DNA from: Malacoraja senta
Taxonomy: Eukaryota
NCBI GenBank assembly: GCA_038087875.1
Contig: CM075988.1
Span: 15,936,001-15,996,000, forward strand
Reading direction: 5' to 3'
DNA: 60,000 nt
Positions 27,141 through 40,067 of the stretch are shown one piece after another (position 1 is the stretch's first letter; each line of letters begins with the position of its first letter). A program made the translations under genes and the position numbers. The notes below the pieces were generated by a model, which searched no databases, was not told the origin of the DNA, and saw only the letters and a list, made by a program, of their open reading frames with translations.

Positions 27141-27231
27141 GTCATACCAGTGGACTAAACAAGTGTTCTTCTCAAAACGTTCTGCAGTAGAGTAGACCAC
27201 AACATGAGATGATAATGATCCTTCGCCTCTC

Positions 27232-27335
27232 CATCCATCAGTCTGAAGAAGGATACTGACCTGAAACGGCTTCTGTCCATTTCCCTCCACAGATACTGAC
27301 AGGCCCGCTTAGTTCTTCCAATAGTCTGTTTTTGC
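27232..27335 (+). mobile_element. Penelope-derived short element, diverged hammerhead
   Basis: catcagtCTGAAGAaggatactgacctGAAAcggc..tccatttccctccacagatactgac. Confidence 0.6.
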
Positions 27336-27349
27336 ATTAAATTAGGCGA

Positions 27350-27595
27350 AGAATGAGGAGGAATTTCCTTAGTCAGAGGGTGGTGAAACTGCAGAATTCA
27401 TTGCCACAGAAGGTTGTGGAGTCCAAGTTAATAGATATTTTTAAGGTGGAGATTGATAGGTTCTTGATTAATATGGGTATCAGGGGTTATGGGGAGAAGG
27501 CAGGAGAATGGGGTTGAGAGGGAAAGATAGATCAGCCATGATTGAATGGCGGAGTAGGCTCGTTGGACCGAATAGCCTCATTCGGCTCCTTGAAT
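27350..27595 (+). mobile_element. CR1 LINE 3' fragment
   Basis: cagagggtggtgaa..gatcagccatgattgaatggcgg tail. Confidence 0.75.
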
Positions 27596-27667
27596 ATATG
27601 AAGAATGATGGGGTCATGGTACGAGGAGATCACTGAGAGAAGACTTTTGTGTTCCGTGCGATAGAAG

Positions 27668-27912
27668 TTTAATGTTCAGAGATAAAGCGTAGAACAGACC
27701 CTTTGAACTATCGAGTCCACACCGACCGGCAATCACCAATACACAAGTTCTGTGCTACACACTAGAGACAATTTACCCAGAGCATCCAGTGAAAACCCAC
27801 GCGGTCACAGGAAGAACATACCAGCTCCGTACAGAGAGACAGCACTCATAGTCAGGATCGAACCGGGGGTCTCTGGTGCTGTAAGGCAGCAACTCTACTG
27901 CTGCGCCACTGC
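27668..27912 (-). mobile_element. V-SINE (HE1-like) with internal deletion
   Basis: Reverse complement gtggcgcagcagtagagttgctgccttacagc..ggttcgatcctgac. Confidence 0.75.
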
Positions 27913-29554
27913 ATGGCTGTTCACTAAATCATAAATGCACCCGCCTTGCCAATTTATTCTGTTCCTTTTGATTTCCGTTCTCTGCAGCAGTACTGACTTC
28001 CAATACACATGCTTCACGTTCCTTTATTTTCCATCCCAGCCCTTAGTGATGTATCAATCAGACAGCTTTGTTAATGGTGCATCACCTTGGCAACCCAGGC
28101 CTTGCCCTGTTCCTTTGTCCTATCCTTCCACCCACACAGTCTGCCTGCAATTGAAAACTAATCTGCTTTCACACTATCCCAGTTCTGATGAAGGTGCTTT
28201 TAGTGTGACCCATTAGGTCTGATTCATTTTTCCACAGATGCTGACTGACCTGCTGAGTATTTCCAGTATATTCATGTTTATATTAACTACACCTTTGCTG
28301 AGATGGATTAGGCCTTGTATTTAATAAATGTTTTAGCCTCCAGGTAATGTTTTGCAGCAGAACATTGGGAGATAATGAAAGTTAGTGTTTACTCCTTAAG
28401 TTCTCACAGAAGTTATTTTCAAACTTCCTTGCTCATCTGTCAATTAATATCTCCCTCTCTTTTGCATTGTCCCTCCGTGGGGCACTCTCCTTCCCTTCTG
28501 CGCTCACCTACTGTGTCGCTTGCCCCATCCTTCCCGCATCCTCCCTCTTTCCTGTCTCCCTCACTCCCTATCCCCTCCTCACTCTCTCTCGTCCTCCCAA
28601 CTTGTGTTATCGCCCCAACCTTCTTCCACCCCATTCCAAACTCTCTGGCTGTCTCACATACTCTTTCCACCCCCCCCCCCCCCTGTACTCCCTGGCCTCC
28701 CATATCATATTGTCTGCCCATCCTAGTCCGAATTCCTGCTCCTTGTGCAGTTTAACCTGCACCTTACTTGTTTCATTCGAGTAGCTTGTGTTTGAAGTTC
28801 CAGTGGGAACTAGCCTGACACTTTCAAAACCTTTCTTGGGGTCTTGGCTCTTTCTTCTGGAGTGTTCTCTGACGAATTTCAGTCTACAGCCACCATCCTG
28901 TCTCTTGTTGACAAAAGTTTGTTCTCGCTTCAGGTCCAGGTCCCATGCCAGCTTTTTGGCGCTGTTACAATAGCACACAGTTTTCGGCAGCTTTACTTTG
29001 GCTTCTGCCTCGTGCTCTCTGTGCAACAGCTTGTTTCCAAGGTTACGTGGCCTGTGCCAGTTGCAGCTCCCCTGTTGGTAATCATTCGACAACGAGAAAA
29101 ACTGTGGTACTTAAAGTCGGGAAGCTGCAGAGTCCTGGAGCTGTGTGGAGGTGTAGAAATAGCAGCACCGTGAAACCAAGGTTAGAAATTGCGCAGGGGG
29201 TATGAACAAGGCACTTGCCCCACTATGTTATGGCTGGCTAAGACACCATCATTTCAGTTCAATAAGTCACCATGATTTGTTTCCTGTCTTGGGTGTGGTG
29301 ACTTGTGGAGCAGCTGAGAAAGAGACAGTGTAAGGTGGTGCCGAAGGCAAATTGACATCCTTCACATCTGACCCTCAGTGCTGCACGCCTTGACACTACC
29401 CTGTCTAGCATGCAAAGTGGTGGTCCACTCTGCTCCACGCTCAAGAGCCAACATTTCCCTCACCAGCAGCATTCACCCACCCCACCCCAAGGTATAGCAT
29501 CTATTCTTTGCTGGGATCCCTGATGTATGTGATTATATAACCAGGACTGAAATG

Positions 29555-30300
29555 TAATCTGGGTAAGTGTGAGGTGTTGCACTTGAGAGGTCAAATATAA
29601 GGGGAAAGTAGCCAGCTAAAGGCAAGTATTGATGTACAGAGTGATCTTGATATCTAAGTCTATAGAACCTTGACAGGTGCAACACAAGTAGATAGAGTGG
29701 TAAAGAAGGCATGTGGTCTGATGCCTTCACTGGTCGGGCCATTGAGTATAAGATTCAGGAAGTCATTTAGCTTTATAAAACTGCTTAAGTCACCTTCAGA
29801 ATAGACTTGTGCAGTTTTGAACACCTCATTACAGCAAGGTTGTTGGAGCTTTGGAGAGGGTGCAGAGGAGGTTTACGGGATTGCTGCTTGGATTAGAAGG
29901 TATTCGTTATTAAGAGAGGTTGACAAAATTAGATTGTATTCTCTGGAACATCAGAGGCATGGATGCGGTAGACTGTCAGAACCTCACCCCAAGGTGGAAA
30001 AGTTAAAGACTAGAGGGCATAGCTTTAAGATGAGTGGGGGAAAGTTTAAAGGGGATGTGTGAGACAAGTTTTTCTACATAGAAAGTGGTAGGTGTATGGA
30101 ACGGGCCGCGGAGGTGGTGGTGGAAGCAGACACGATAGTGGCTTTTAAGATGAATTTAGATTGGCACATGAATATTCAGGGAATGGAGGGATATGGTTCA
30201 TGTGCCGGCAGAAGGGATAAGTTCAACTTGGTATCATGTTTGTCATCGACGTCATGGATTGAAGCACTGCTCCTGTGCTGTACTCTTCCATGTCCTATGC
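29555..30300 (+). mobile_element. CR1 LINE 3' fragment, degenerate
   Basis: LERVQRRFT-like, LYSLE, KTRGHSFK segments. Confidence 0.75.
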
Positions 30301-32631
30301 TTTCTATGCCCAGTACTCCCCCTCTGACCAGACAGTGACTCCCAGTATTGCTTGCAATGTCAGTCCTCAGTACCAGTTTCCCCAGGCGAGTATCCCAAGC
30401 ACTCATTCCCACTCCTTATTCCGTTTGGATTTGGTCAGAACCACTGCACCCTCTGCAGTCATGGTGTCAGCTGAGGGAGAGTGATTGAATCGGAAACTAA
30501 GCCTCTGTGAGCAGACATTGGCTGCAGTCCATTCCCCTTCTTTACCACCCTCACTGGAATGTGAAACTAAATGCTAGGATGAAGATTTGAATCGGCTGCT
30601 GTGTGTGCACACAGGCCTGGGTTTAATGTACGATCCATGCTGTGCTTAATGCTGTAATAATGTGGCCATCCAGTGACCCCTGCTGGCTTGTGTGACCATA
30701 GTCTGGGACAGGGTGAAGCCTACACTGTACAATGCCATAAAAAGCAGCAAATGTTTCAGCTCGTGTTCAGCTGGGTTAAATAGCAGTGGAACCTGGACCA
30801 TTAGTACTCCTCTGGGAGGGGGGCAGTGAGCTCCCACAGGGCAGAGTGAACAAGTTTGAGATAAAAGTGTAGTAAAAATAGCTTTAGACATTATTCTATT
30901 GGGCAGTGTCATTAATTGTAAGGAAATATCTTTCTTATCTTGTTTTAAAAGGCGCAAGCTCCAGTTTCATGTTCCCATTGGCTGCACCTCACTGCTGGGC
31001 TCCACTTACTTCAAGCTGAATATCATTCCATCGAACCAGGGCAGCACCGGGATTCAGTTTCACTTGTGATAGCATGTGCCTTCACTGACCCACTTCAGGC
31101 TGTCAAGCTGAAGCTACTCGGGTGGCTCCAGCAACGCAGGTTAATTCCTATAACTTTTGAAACCCTCGTTCCTGCACTCCTTCCTAGCTTTTACCGCACC
31201 TCCCTACCCTCCTCAGCCCTGCAACTCTCAAAGCAATCTATACGCTTCCTATACCATGCTTTGTGCCAGCACATATTGCTGGAATTTCCCTGCATAAATC
31301 TCCTATTCTCACTCTTTTTCTGTAGGTGTTCTGCTTCATACCTACTTACTGCCCAAGCTTTTAGTTACTTGTCCACAATCTCGTGGTGTGGTGTCAATTC
31401 TGTTTGCTTGCACTCTTGTAATCCTCTTTATTAATTTAAGAATACTATATCAATGGAAATTGTTGTAGAGTTGATATAAGTCTTGAGGTGTTGTTTCCAC
31501 TGGAGTGTCGTGAATTTAGCAGCCAATCTGTGTACAGAAAGAGCCACAATAGCAATGACGTTTTCTTATAGCAATACAGAAGGAGGCTCTTTAGTTTACT
31601 GGATCCATGCCAGTTCCCATATTTCCTAGTATTCCCGTATTGTATTCTCCCTTGCACATGTCCTTAGCTTCCCGAGCACTAACACTATCCTACACAGTCT
31701 TTGGGATATGGCAGGAAACCTGTGTGTTCTCAAGGGAGATGTAAACTGAAGGTCGGGATTGAATCTTGAGCTGCAGCAATGAAACAGCAGCAGTACCTCC
31801 TACCCAGTGATTAGAACATTTTAATATGGCCATGGATATTTGAAAGGGTAGATGCAGACCATTTAAAAAAAATTGTAATCAAAGGACACATGCATTCTTT
31901 TCTTGCTTAAACCCTGGCTCTTACATGGATAGAGATCCTTTATTTGGATTTGCTGAATATATTCAAGGTCGGGATTGGAACACATTTAAAGGATATGAGG
32001 AGAGATTGGGAGAGTAGTATTGAGGCCCAGACTAGATCAGCCATGATGCCATTCAGTGGTATAGAGGGGCCACAGGCCTCTTTATTTCTTGCATCTCATC
32101 CTTGTCGACCAAAAATCGATCTGAACCTTCGAATTGGACATAAGCGGGTAATGTTCACAGACATCCTTTCCTGAAGGGCATTTGTAAATTGGATTTCATA
32201 ATCCATTTAAAAACTAAAGTTGGTTTCCATTTTAACTAATTGCTCAATTTACAATCGATCCTCATAGCACTTTTGCAATTCAACTTGATTTGAATTTAAA
32301 ATCACCTACGGCCATGGTTGAATTAGAATTTATATCTCTGACAATTGTCTTCTCATTTGGAAATGAGATATATGATCTTGGCATCATGTTCAGCACAGAT
32401 ATTGTGGGCCAAAGGGCCTGTTCTTGTGCTGTTCATTGTACTATTTCCCAGTAATTTAAAGGCACGACGGGAGCAATGTAATTATTAACAGTTCTATGTA
32501 GTGACATTGCCTGCGTGAGCAGTTTGGGGATCAGTTTTGTGTCCGCCATGTCACTCTGGAAGTGGTGTCATTTGTAGGTCTAAATCAGTCAGGACAGCAG
32601 TTTTCATTTCTGAAGACCATTAGTGATCTGA

Positions 32632-32810
32632 ACACAAAATACTGGAGGAATTTGGTGGGTCAGGCAGCATCTGGGGACCGTATGGACAGGTGAACTATCG
32701 GGTTGGGACCCTTCTTCAGATTGATTCAGAAGGGTCCTGACCGGAAAGGTCACCTATCCTTTTTCTCTAGAGATGCCGCCTGCCTGCAGAGTTACTCTAG
32801 TGTTTTGCGA
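32632..32810. mobile_element. Head-to-head inverted Penelope-derived short element, degenerate
   Basis: acacaaaatactggagg..gggacccttcttcaga / agaagggtcctgaccggaaaggtcacc..gagttactctagtgttttg. Confidence 0.7.
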
Positions 32811-33075
32811 CTCTCTTTGCAATAATTACAGCCTGTCTAGTTTCACTCGCATTCTGTGTATAAATGTTAAAATCCCATTCCTTGCTGCAGCCAGCAGGAG
32901 TTCACCACGCGCATTCTTCCACCCTGTCCTGTTCATCCACACACTTCCACCCACCCACGAGCCAGTGGATAGTGGTCAGAGCAAAAGCCTGGCTGAAATC
33001 TTCCCACTTTACAAACCAGGATTTACCAAGGCCAGTCACACCAGCCCCGCGAAGAAGATGTCAATCACTGTCTTG

Positions 33076-33242
33076 CCTAAGAAGGAACTGCAGATGCTGG
33101 TTTAAACCGAAGATAGGCACAAAAAGCTGGAGTAACTCAGCAGGGCAGGCTTCTTCGGGGTCTCAACCGAAACGTCACCTATTCCTTCTCTCCAGAGATG
33201 CTGCCTGTCCCGCTGAGTTACTCCAGCTATTTGTGTCTATCT
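33076..33242. mobile_element. Fold-back Penelope-derived short element, hammerhead 5' core deleted
   Basis: Inverted arms enclose gggtctcaaccGAAAcgtc. TSD tcaatcactgtcttg (33061-33075) / tcaatcactgccgtg (33243-33257). Confidence 0.8.
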
Positions 33243-36200
33243 TCAATCACTGCCGTGTGGGTTTGCTAGCTGCACCCACACGGGGAGAAAATAATAAAGG
33301 GCAGCAAGCTGTAGCAGGTCAGGCATTGTGTACAGCGAAACAAGGTTATCACTTCAGCTCAGTGACAGTTCCAATGAAAGAACATCCACCTTAGACGTTA
33401 ATTATTCTCGGTCTCCATGGAGTATTTCTAATTTTTGGGGGGTTTAATGTCAAAGTTCCAATGTCGTACTTTTCTTTTATATTGTCTACCATCCTATTCC
33501 CATATATTAGGGCAGAAATAGTAGATGATGAGAAAAACGGTTTCTCAGTCTCCATATTTAAACTGTGTGTTTGCGTATACTGTATTTGTGGGCGTAAGTG
33601 TCTGTCTATTTTTTTCTATGTGTGTCAATAGCTGATTCTTGTATCCGTATTTCGCTCTGCATGTTTATAAGGTCATTTTGTTACAGCAAACAAGCCCAGA
33701 CCTGCCTGTAAACATGACTCCCTCTCTCTGTAAACCAAAGATCTATGATCTTTGCTGTAAATGCTCGCTCGCTGCTGTGTTGTCCTGCAGTGTAGTCTGG
33801 GATATTTGTAATCAAAGCAGTTGCCATAGTGACCACAGGAAGCTGTTTAGCTATGTTGGAAGTAATGAACATGCTGCCTGATATCGAGAGAAGAATGAGA
33901 AATGGAAGTAGGTTTTTTTGACTTGTTCAGTTTTCCTCATCCCAAACTTTGTTCTCTTTGTACATACTGCAAAGTCTCTGATCTGTGCTGTAAATCTACA
34001 AAGTTCTGTATTAACTTCAGAGGGACTGATTCCTGCATATTTATTTCTGTGTTTATCAGTGCCAGCACAGATTCTCAGGGTAGGTTCATCTTGAGCTAGA
34101 CTCTGAGTAAAGCTCCCTCTGGACTGTCCCATAGGACATCCTTGTGCCAGACACAACAACAATTAGATAACATTAGATCCTCTATACTGTTCCAAGAAAC
34201 ATTCTCAGGATGGGCACAGACCAGGCTAGATGCAGACTAAAGCACCCTCCGTACTGGTCCAGCTGAGGGGCACAGCACCTGAATGGTGCTCCCCAGTGCA
34301 CAAACAGTATTTCCACGCCCCATTTACCACAGTATCTTGCAGCTGAAGATCACACACAGGTTATGCCACTCTCACTCTCTTCCGCTGCCTCCCCCACGCG
34401 CACTTGACTCGGAGCCTACGTGAGAGACATTTCTCTGAACAACTTGGTGGACGGTGAACTTGAATCTCAGAAAGAACAGGACAATGCTTCATGCTCTCTG
34501 CCTGACATTTGGAAATGGAAGATGCAGTACTTTTAGAAGGCTTGTCAAAGCACATATTGAAGCTGTGATTCCTGGATCCAACTGCTTTGTTTGAGTTTTT
34601 ACTCTTCTGCAAGCAGTATTTTGGAAGTTTATGCATGTTCTCCCCTCATCTGTGGTCTCATCAAGTCCAGCTATCATTGATATTATAGATGGAAGGCCAT
34701 GGATGGTCAGGATAAATTCTGAGGAGCATTGTGTAAATAGAAGATTGAAAGGTGAAAGTGATGCAGTTGAGGCCTTTACAGTGTTAACAGGATTTGTTAC
34801 AGTGGTTTAACTTAAAGTGTTTCCGCTGGTAAATATTTAGATGTGGGAATTAGAAACATAGAACATAGGTGCAGGAGTTGGCCATTCGGCCCTTCCAGCC
34901 ATTCAATATGTTCATAGCCGATCATCCAAAATCAGTACCCCTTTCCTGCTTTTTCCACATATCTCTTCATTCTGTTAGCCCTTGGAGCTAAATCTAACAC
35001 TCTTGATAATATCCAGTGAATTGGCCTCCACTGCCTTCTGTGGCAGAGAATAAACAGTGTTATGATGATGGGTCTGATGACTATACTATTGAGAATGAGT
35101 TAAACTGCCTATATTTGTCCTTCTGGAACATGCTGCTGGTATTAGGCATGTATAAGTTGGTAATACTGTATATTTGCCTTAAAGCAACAACGCTGAAGGT
35201 TCGATTCCCTGAACATAAATATCTAGTCTAACAAGCTAGTCCATATCAGGGAATGTTATATTGACAGCAGTACCAACAAATAAAATGGCCCTACTGCATG
35301 GAAACAGGCTCTTTGGCGCACCTTGTCCATGCTGACCAAGATCTGAGCTTGACCCATATCGCACTAATCCTTTCCATAAATATTAAACCAAGGCTTACTG
35401 TTCCTTCTCAGACAAACATGAAGTTTTGCAGCACAACCTAAAATAAATGCAGGGAATTATCTCGGGTCTATTGTGCATTGTGCTCTGACTTATTAACATC
35501 ACACACAAAAAGTTATATTGTTGTTTTCATGTTACTATCTGTGGATGGCATATTTATTCAGCCAGTAACCATGTTTTCCGCATTACAATTGTGTGATAAT
35601 TGTGTACATCATTGCACATAAAATGTTTGAGTGGAGTCATATAAATTTACAGTGTTTTGGAGGCTGAAGAGTCATTTTGAATACTGTAATCCAAAAGCGT
35701 GGGGCACATTTTCCCTGAGTAGAATTGTTCATTTTAAATTGACAAACCAAGCTGCAGAATAACCAAGTGGGGATTAAGATGTTTCCTGTGCTTCGGTGGG
35801 TAACTCTCCCAGCAACTTTGGGGAAAAGGAATAGGTGACATTTCGGGTCGAGATCCTGCTCCAGAGATGTTGCCTGACCCGCTGAGTTACTGCAGCATTT
35901 TGTGTGTATTCCAGTTGATGAATGGTGCTCGATTTTCGCTGGCACCGAGGAGGTTTACCGACAGCCACTGGATAAGGCGAGAGGTGCAGGTGACGGTTCC
36001 CGGCCCATCGGGGAACGAGTTCCTCGGGAGTTGGAGCAGAGTTGAGCTGGAGTTAGCGCTTCTTCTCCGCGCTGACTGTAAGCCTGGGGCCACCACTGCT
36101 CCGGGCCGGTGTCCCATCAGTCCAGGGGTCACCCCGGACATCTCCGGCCACCCTCGGACAGTGATGGAACACTCGGGATGGGACGGGGACGGTCCAGTAG

Positions 36201-36439
36201 CAATTCAACAGCGCTTGCAGCGCTGGAGACTCAGGTTAGATCCTGACTACGGATGAAATGCAGGTCTGTTCACATGCAGCAGCTCAGCTGCCGAGAATGT
36301 TTATCGCGAGTGACCTATGACCTGGGCATGCTTAGTTGAAATACTGAACTCGCTGATTATCGTAGTTCTGGTTTCTGCATGTTTCCATCTGGCCATTAGA
36401 TGGAGCTCTAGTCTCACTTTTATTAAGAAACGCTTGCAG

Positions 36440-37115
36440 GGTTGTACATCACAGAAACCGGCCCTTCAGCGCCACATATCTATGCTGATCTTACTGTCGA
36501 TCTACAACAGTCCCATTTTCCTGTATTAGAAATGCATCCTTCTATGTCTCGTCTACATACAACATAGCAGTTGTATGTCACCCCGCCACCACCTCTGGCC
36601 GCACCATCCAGGTATCAGTCGCTCTCCGTGTTGTAAATAAGAAGCCTCTCTGATCCGCTTCCTTTCATATTAAGTCTATGGCCACTTAATTTTGAGCCCC
36701 CCGCCATGGACAAAAACATTTTTGACCATCAACCCTATCTATGCCGTTCATAATCTTGTCTACTTTCAGGTCACCCTTCAGCCTCCTTTGCTCCAGTGAA
36801 AACAGGTTCAGCCTATCCAGTCTCTCTCCATAACTAAAGTCCTCCACCCCGGCAATATCCTGGAGAATTTCATCTGCACTGTTCTCGCATTCATCCATTC
36901 TATACATTTTGTGCCAAGCTCTAACCAAGTTGTTAACATATTGCGACAGGAAGGGTCCAGTATCTATCCTTGTGGTACACCACTAGTTGTGGACTTCTAA
37001 TCAGAAAAGCATCCTTCTTCCACATTCTGCCTCCTCTCACTTTTAGATCCAATTACCCAGCTCGCCTTGGATCCCATATGTCTTGGCCTTCTATAGCAGC
37101 TTATTATATGGGCTT
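36440..37115 (-). mobile_element. CR1 LINE 3' fragment, degenerate
   Basis: SYGERLDRLNLFSLEQRRLKGDL..KIMNGIDRVD. Confidence 0.75.
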
Positions 37116-37249
37116 TGTAAAATAGTTCAAATATTAAAATTTAAAAGGAAATGTGGAGATATAGTGTATATTTTTCATTCTAACCATCCAGTAGGCAGGT
37201 AAATGCATTTCCTCTTTTCCACTTCCATCAGTCAAATGTGAAAGAGCAG

Positions 37250-37700
37250 GATGCATAATGGGCCAAAATGTAAAAGTGTAGATAGAGTTGTGGGAGTTTG
37301 TGATGCTTGGAGGGTTGAACTGCGGAGAGATTTGAACCCAAGGACTGTCATTTTAATATTGAGTTGCTGTTAACCTGGGAGCCATTGCAGATCATTAATC
37401 ACAGGGGTAATTGGTGAAGAACATTTGATATGAATTAGGATACTGGCAGCAGAGATTTGGAGGAGCTCAAGTTTAAGAGGGTGGGTGGTGACAGAGCAAC
37501 ATGACGACAGCTCAGCCTGGGAACGTGGAGAATGGTTTTGGCAATAGATGACTGTGGCAGTTTTCACAGTAGGTGAAATTGCACAGGAGTTTTTGTGATG
37601 GAGAATGGCAGCTTATCTGAGGATGAAGTGGCATTCTGACATTGCATCTAATGTGGTTTAGTTCAGGTGATTCCAAGAAAGGGTTGACTAGTAGACGAAG
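37250..37700 (-). mobile_element. Old L2 LINE fragment
   Basis: LELLQISAASIL..SPITPVINDLQWLP resembles the L2 LQNAAAR..ITP.L..LHWLP motif. Confidence 0.6.
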
Positions 37701-37844
37701 CAGAATGTTCCAACTTCATGTGTCATTTAAAACGCATTCAAAGGTTTTCAGACTATCCTTGAGTGAAGGTAATTGGCTAGAAGGATAACGCAAATAGACC
37801 AAGAGGGTCGTCTTGTTGCTGTGGTCCTATACTTGAGTTTATGT

Positions 37845-38030
37845 TTTTAGTTTAGAGATACAGCGCGGAAACAGGCTCTTCAGCCCACCGAGTCCGCACC
37901 AACCAGCGATCCCTGCACATCAACACTATCCGACGCACACTAGGGACAATTTACAATTATACTAAGCCAACTAATCTACAAACCTGTATGTCTTTGGAGT
38001 GTGGGAGGAAACCGGAGATCCTGGAGAGAT
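37845..38030 (-). mobile_element. V-SINE (HE1-like), 3' part
   Basis: tttagtttagagatacagcgcggaaacaggc..ttggagtgtgggaggaaaccggag. Confidence 0.8.
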
Positions 38031-38139
38031 GTGAGCATCAAAGGCTAGCCAGCATTTTGTGTCCACCATTCTGTGCAACTTCTTAGGCTCCTGTATTTTG
38101 GAATTTCTGTACCAGGCCATGATGCAACCAGTCGGCACT

Positions 38140-38430
38140 GAGGTGCAGTGATAGAGTTGCTGCCTTACAGCACCCGAGACCTGGGTTCGATCCTGACCAT
38201 GGGTGTTGTCTGTACGGAGTTTGTACATTCTCCCTGTGAACCGCATGGGTTTGCTCTGGGTGCTCGGGTTTCCTCCCACATTCCAAAGAAGTACAGGTTT
38301 GTAGGTTAATTGGCTTCTACAAATTTCCCCGAGTGCGTAGGATAGTAGAATTAGTGTATGGGTGATTGTTGGTCGGCGTGGACTCGGTGGGCCAAATGAT
38401 CTGTTTCAATGCTGTACCTCCAATCTAAAC
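38140..38430 (+). mobile_element. V-SINE (HE1-like) inserted into a Rex1 fragment
   Basis: B box ggttcgatcc, V domain, CR1-type tail. Rex1 sequence lies on both sides. Confidence 0.85.
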
Positions 38431-38935
38431 AGTCAGGATGCTTTCTACAATTTATTAGACTCTTTAGTCACCTGCAGAACCTCTTTAAAATTCTAAGTAG
38501 ATGCACTGATGTGCTCTTTGCGATTACAGCTATGTGCTCATTCCAGGACGGGCCATCCACGTTAAAGCACAAGATTTTGCCACCTCTCTCCACTGCAATC
38601 CTACCCATGAAAACTGTTGCATGGTCTCCTAGCTTCCCCTTTCTGAAGGCAACAATTAGCTCCTTGGCCTTGTTGATATTGAGCGAGAGGTTGTTGTTGC
38701 AGCAACCAGGTGTTCTATCTCTCTCCTGTAAACTGACTCATCACCCTCTGTAATTTGGCCAACAGCAGTGGTGCCATCGGCAAATTTGTAGATGGAATTG
38801 GAGCTACATTTAGCCACGCAGTTATGGGTGTAAAGAGAGTAGAGCAGGGGGCTAAGCATTCGGCCTTGGGATCCAACTATATTGATGGTCAGTGAGGAGG
38901 AGATGCTGGCACAGGTTGAAGAGTGCCGCCGCCAG
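38430..38935 (-). mobile_element. Rex1/Babar LINE RT fragment (continues at ~38045-38135)
   Basis: [44 protein letters not shown]. Confidence 0.8.
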
Positions 38936-39368
38936 TTTTCCTCCTTGAATGAAATGAATCAGGGTTTTACCAACAATCTGTCAGTTTCCTGCTCTCTGTT
39001 GGACTGTTCAATTATTAAATTATTTAAGTTAGATTCCCTATTGGCTGTGATAAGGTTTGAACTTGTACTGCAGAGAGAGAGGAGTCAGAGTGGTCCCTTT
39101 GAGTGAAGAGCTCATCACCAATGGGCTTTGGAGTGGCTAAGGTCATCCATGATAATGTGGGAGACTTCCCCGAACAAGGTGTAAGATGATGGGTGTTGGC
39201 CAGAAAGTGGTGTTACAACAAGCACCCTGAATATTATTGGTCCCTGCACAAGAGAGGCAGGGTGGGAGTGGGGGGAATTGGGGGGCAAATGCTTTAATGG
39301 TCTGACGTGTGTTTCTTTCACCGGCAGTAAATGCGAGGTGTGGCCTTCTGTGTGAGGTCGAGGTTGAC

Positions 39369-40067
39369 ATGTCACGGGTCTCATCGTCCACCACCAAGCG
39401 GATCGGGAACTACTCGAACAGCACCTTCACCAGCCCCCACTATGGCTCCTCGTACCACAGCTACAGCCCCAACCTGGGCACCAACTACGTGGACAAGGAC
39501 AAACTGCTCTACAAGCCGATGTACCCCAGCTACATCCCCCGCGCCAACTCGGGCAGGGTGGCCAGCAAGTATGCCCTGGAGGTCGACCGTGGCCGGCAGC
39601 TCCCTCGGCCTGAGGTGCTGAGTAGACGCAGTGAAAGCTTGAGCCGGGCTCCCTTCAAGGCCTTCCCCGCTGGATTAAGCGGAGGGTACTCCAGCACCTA
39701 CGGTTACAGCACGGGGAGCAGCCCTTCCACTTACACATCGCCCGCGTTGTCCCTGAGTCGAAGGAAATCCATCAGTCAGACGGAACTGAACCGGGACCTG
39801 CTGAACCTTCACATGGTGGATACGTACCAGCTGAACACTGTGAAGAGCCCCTCGCTCAGTCGACGTGACGCAGACCCCCACCAGGTATCCCGCAGGAGTG
39901 AGGTTGGAGATGCTTACTGCACCAAGGGCTCTGGTGCTTATGGCCTGCCACGCAGTGTGACACAAGAGACCATAACCGCTTCGTTCAAAAGCACGGACCG
40001 CTTCAGCCCAGCCTGGGAGAGGAGTGGGAGCAGCGGCAGCTGTGGGTCGCCCGTCCGAGACACACCA
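39369..40067 (+). CDS. USP2: USP2 (ubiquitin-specific peptidase 2, long isoform) first coding exon, 233 codons, phase-0 donor; catalytic-domain exons not found in window
   Basis: ORF MSRVSSSTTKR...DKDKLLYKP...EVDRGRQLPRPEVLSRRSESLSR...GLSGG...SRRKSISQTELNRDL...SPVRDTP resembles the Ser/Tyr-rich N-terminal extension of vertebrate USP2a (DRGR..RP, RxES, SQ.DL.RD, SP.RD motifs). Polypyrimidine tract plus CAG acceptor ends at 39327. CCA|GTAAGT donor at 40068. Codon third positions are GC-rich against an AT-rich background. Confidence 0.9.

Noticed and set aside
28375..29092. ORFs of 93-161 aa
   Set aside because: They run largely through low-complexity C/T sequence and show no recognisable homology, so they are not called as CDS.
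32864..33394. 176-aa ORF
   Set aside because: It reads through a fold-back repeat element and is a chance open frame.
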